A stretch of 63,033 bases of DNA, filler included, from Folioceros fuciformis (Eukaryota): assembly GCA_049999805.1 (NCBI GenBank). It is 17 parts of 17 records of this genome, joined end to end, with 100 filler letters (N's around TTAATTAATTAA, not from the genome) between each part and the next. Parts side by side here need not be neighbours in the genome. Positions count along the whole stretch, not along the records: positions 60,262 to 63,033 come from JBNGIO010003760.1; 16 more parts are not named here. One strand, written 5' to 3'. Position 1 is the first letter of the stretch; every line of letters starts with the position of its first letter. Shown here in pieces: positions 61,557-63,033 of this stretch. The notes below the pieces were generated by a model, which was not told the DNA's origin, made no database searches, and worked only from the letters and a program-made list of their open reading frames with translations. Both the position numbers and the translations under genes were made by a program.

Positions 61557-63033
61557 TCAACAATCTACAACAAGCCCCTTATCCTTGCACTTCATTCTGC
61601 ATTCATCACAAAGCCATGCTACTTTCTTGTCTTCCAAGTATCTCACTTGTGTCAACCTAAATAACTTCCACATTTGGCATTGAGATCGAAGGGACTCAAG
61701 AAGCTCTTTCAACCATCCATTCATGACCACTTCCTCATCATCCCTATCTGTGGCTTGCATTAGCACCAATTCACTATTTGCCAAGATGGATTCTGTCCCT
61801 AATGCAAGTCCTTTCATATCATTTGGTATGTCTATCCCAGCAGCCACATGAAGGCCTACTTTGACTAGACAAAAGAACATCTTGGTAGCATTCACCGAAA
61901 GCTTGCGAATCCACTTACAATTTTTCTCCTCTACAAGCATACCATAGCCAGGTTGTCCTTGCACTACGTGATTCCCGCCCCTCTCTTCACACATGAGGCA
62001 TAGATGAACCGCCACACCAATGTGAACCAAAGCTTTTAGCATTTCTACGACAGATACATTATCACGAGAAATGTAAGGACGACAAGGTAAGGTAGAGGAA
62101 CTATGATACCCAATAATGTCACTCATGAGCGACTCCAATAAGCCCAAAGTTTCCCTTTTGAAATTTGTTAGCTCCTCATCACTGAACTTGATGGCCCTCA
62201 ACATCTCCTCTTTATTAGAATCTAATTTTCTCATGACTTCCCCATGATGCATATCTTGGTTGTCCTTAATATTCTTCAACATATATTCCATGCGTTCTAA
62301 TTTTGTTCCACCCAAAAGATCAGAACGACACCTTTCAAAACGAGAACTTGTTGAAGTCATACTTGGTGAAGGATCTTTTGACTTTGAGCTCGTAATTGTC
62401 TCTTTTGATGTCATAGACAAACCATAACCTCCACCTGCACCTTTCTGCTTGCCATGTGTAAGATCATCCACCATTTGACGTTGATCCTTGTGAAACTTTT
62501 CATTCTCCAACACTATCTTGCTCAAGTCTTCTGCGTCCAAAAGCTCTACTATGGCATTGGATGTCAAATGTGGCCCATGTCCACGAATTTCAGGCCAATA
62601 ATGTACACAATCCGATATGTTGCGCATAATAAAGTATCCTTTCCCGCACTTCAAAGCTTGCTTTTCATCTAGAAGACGCTCTCTATAATCCTTTTCAAAC
62701 CATGCTTGCCCATGTCTATCATTGCAAGGTATCAACTTGCGTACACAATAGGGATTGATGATACCTTGCACCAATGTAACTCCCGGGCAACCTTTTGGTG
62801 AAGCACAGAAAGCTCTCAACTTGTCAAGGATATGATGTTTCACAAATGCATTAGCCAAACTTAGACTTTGTTTTGATCTGATGAGTACGTCGACATAACC
62901 ACCAATCATGTCTCTACCACTCAATTCTATGTCGACATAACCACCAATCATATCTTCACCACTCAATTCTATCAAAATATCGATGTTGTCACAAGCCATT
63001 GAGATAAGATTGTAACCAAACTTGTATTGATGA
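61557..63033 (-). CDS. TORNADO1-like (LRR-Roc-COR family) protein, C-terminal part, 5' partial
   Basis: Frame is open to the window edge. Contains CASPKGCPGVTLV, LPCRPY, HLCLMCE...HVVQGQPG and terminal VAWLCDEC, recognised from memory as TRN1 C-terminal motifs. Confidence 0.7.
   Translation of the reverse strand, partial: HQYKFGYNLISMACDNIDILIELSGEDMIGGYVDIELSGRDMIGGYVDVLIRSKQSLSLANAFVKHHILDKLRAFCASPKGCPGVTLVQGIINPYCVRKLIPCNDRHGQAWFEKDYRERLLDEKQALKCGKGYFIMRNISDCVHYWPEIRGHGPHLTSNAIVELLDAEDLSKIVLENEKFHKDQRQMVDDLTHGKQKGAGGGYGLSMTSKETITSSKSKDPSPSMTSTSSRFERCRSDLLGGTKLERMEYMLKNIKDNQDMHHGEVMRKLDSNKEEMLRAIKFSDEELTNFKRETLGLLESLMSDIIGYHSSSTLPCRPYISRDNVSVVEMLKALVHIGVAVHLCLMCEERGGNHVVQGQPGYGMLVEEKNCKWIRKLSVNATKMFFCLVKVGLHVAAGIDIPNDMKGLALGTESILANSELVLMQATDRDDEEVVMNGWLKELLESLRSQCQMWKLFRLTQVRYLEDKKVAWLCDECRMKCKDKGLVVDC

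Overview
Repeat-rich nuclear DNA of a non-seed land plant, most likely a fern; this is inferred from a DYW:KP 'GRP'-type PPR editing factor that also carries an N-terminal OSB/PDF-like motif. The window is not contiguous: 17 small scaffolds are joined by 16 artificial N44-TTAATTAATTAA-N44 linkers, and there are also 100-N internal gaps, so adjacency across linkers is meaningless. Most of the DNA is LTR retrotransposon: many Ty1/Copia elements or fragments, one Ty3/Gypsy pol fragment, and 8 copies of one abundant ~1.4-kb LTR-like repeat. There are also two LINE fragments and a MITE-like element. Host genes are a matrix metalloproteinase with a tandem pseudogene, a 3-exon CASP-like gene, a partial TORNADO1-like ORF, the 3' exons of an RS-rich protein, and a PPR-DYW:KP pseudogene. 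The best finding is a Gypsy polyprotein with a C5 DNA methyltransferase domain (motifs I, IV, VI, VIII, IX, X in one frame) between protease and RT (54060-55031). Second is a Copia element with an apparently spliced antisense gene (AT-hook plus NLS) between RNase H and the PPT (1491-2392). All calls are from reading the sequence; no searches were run.
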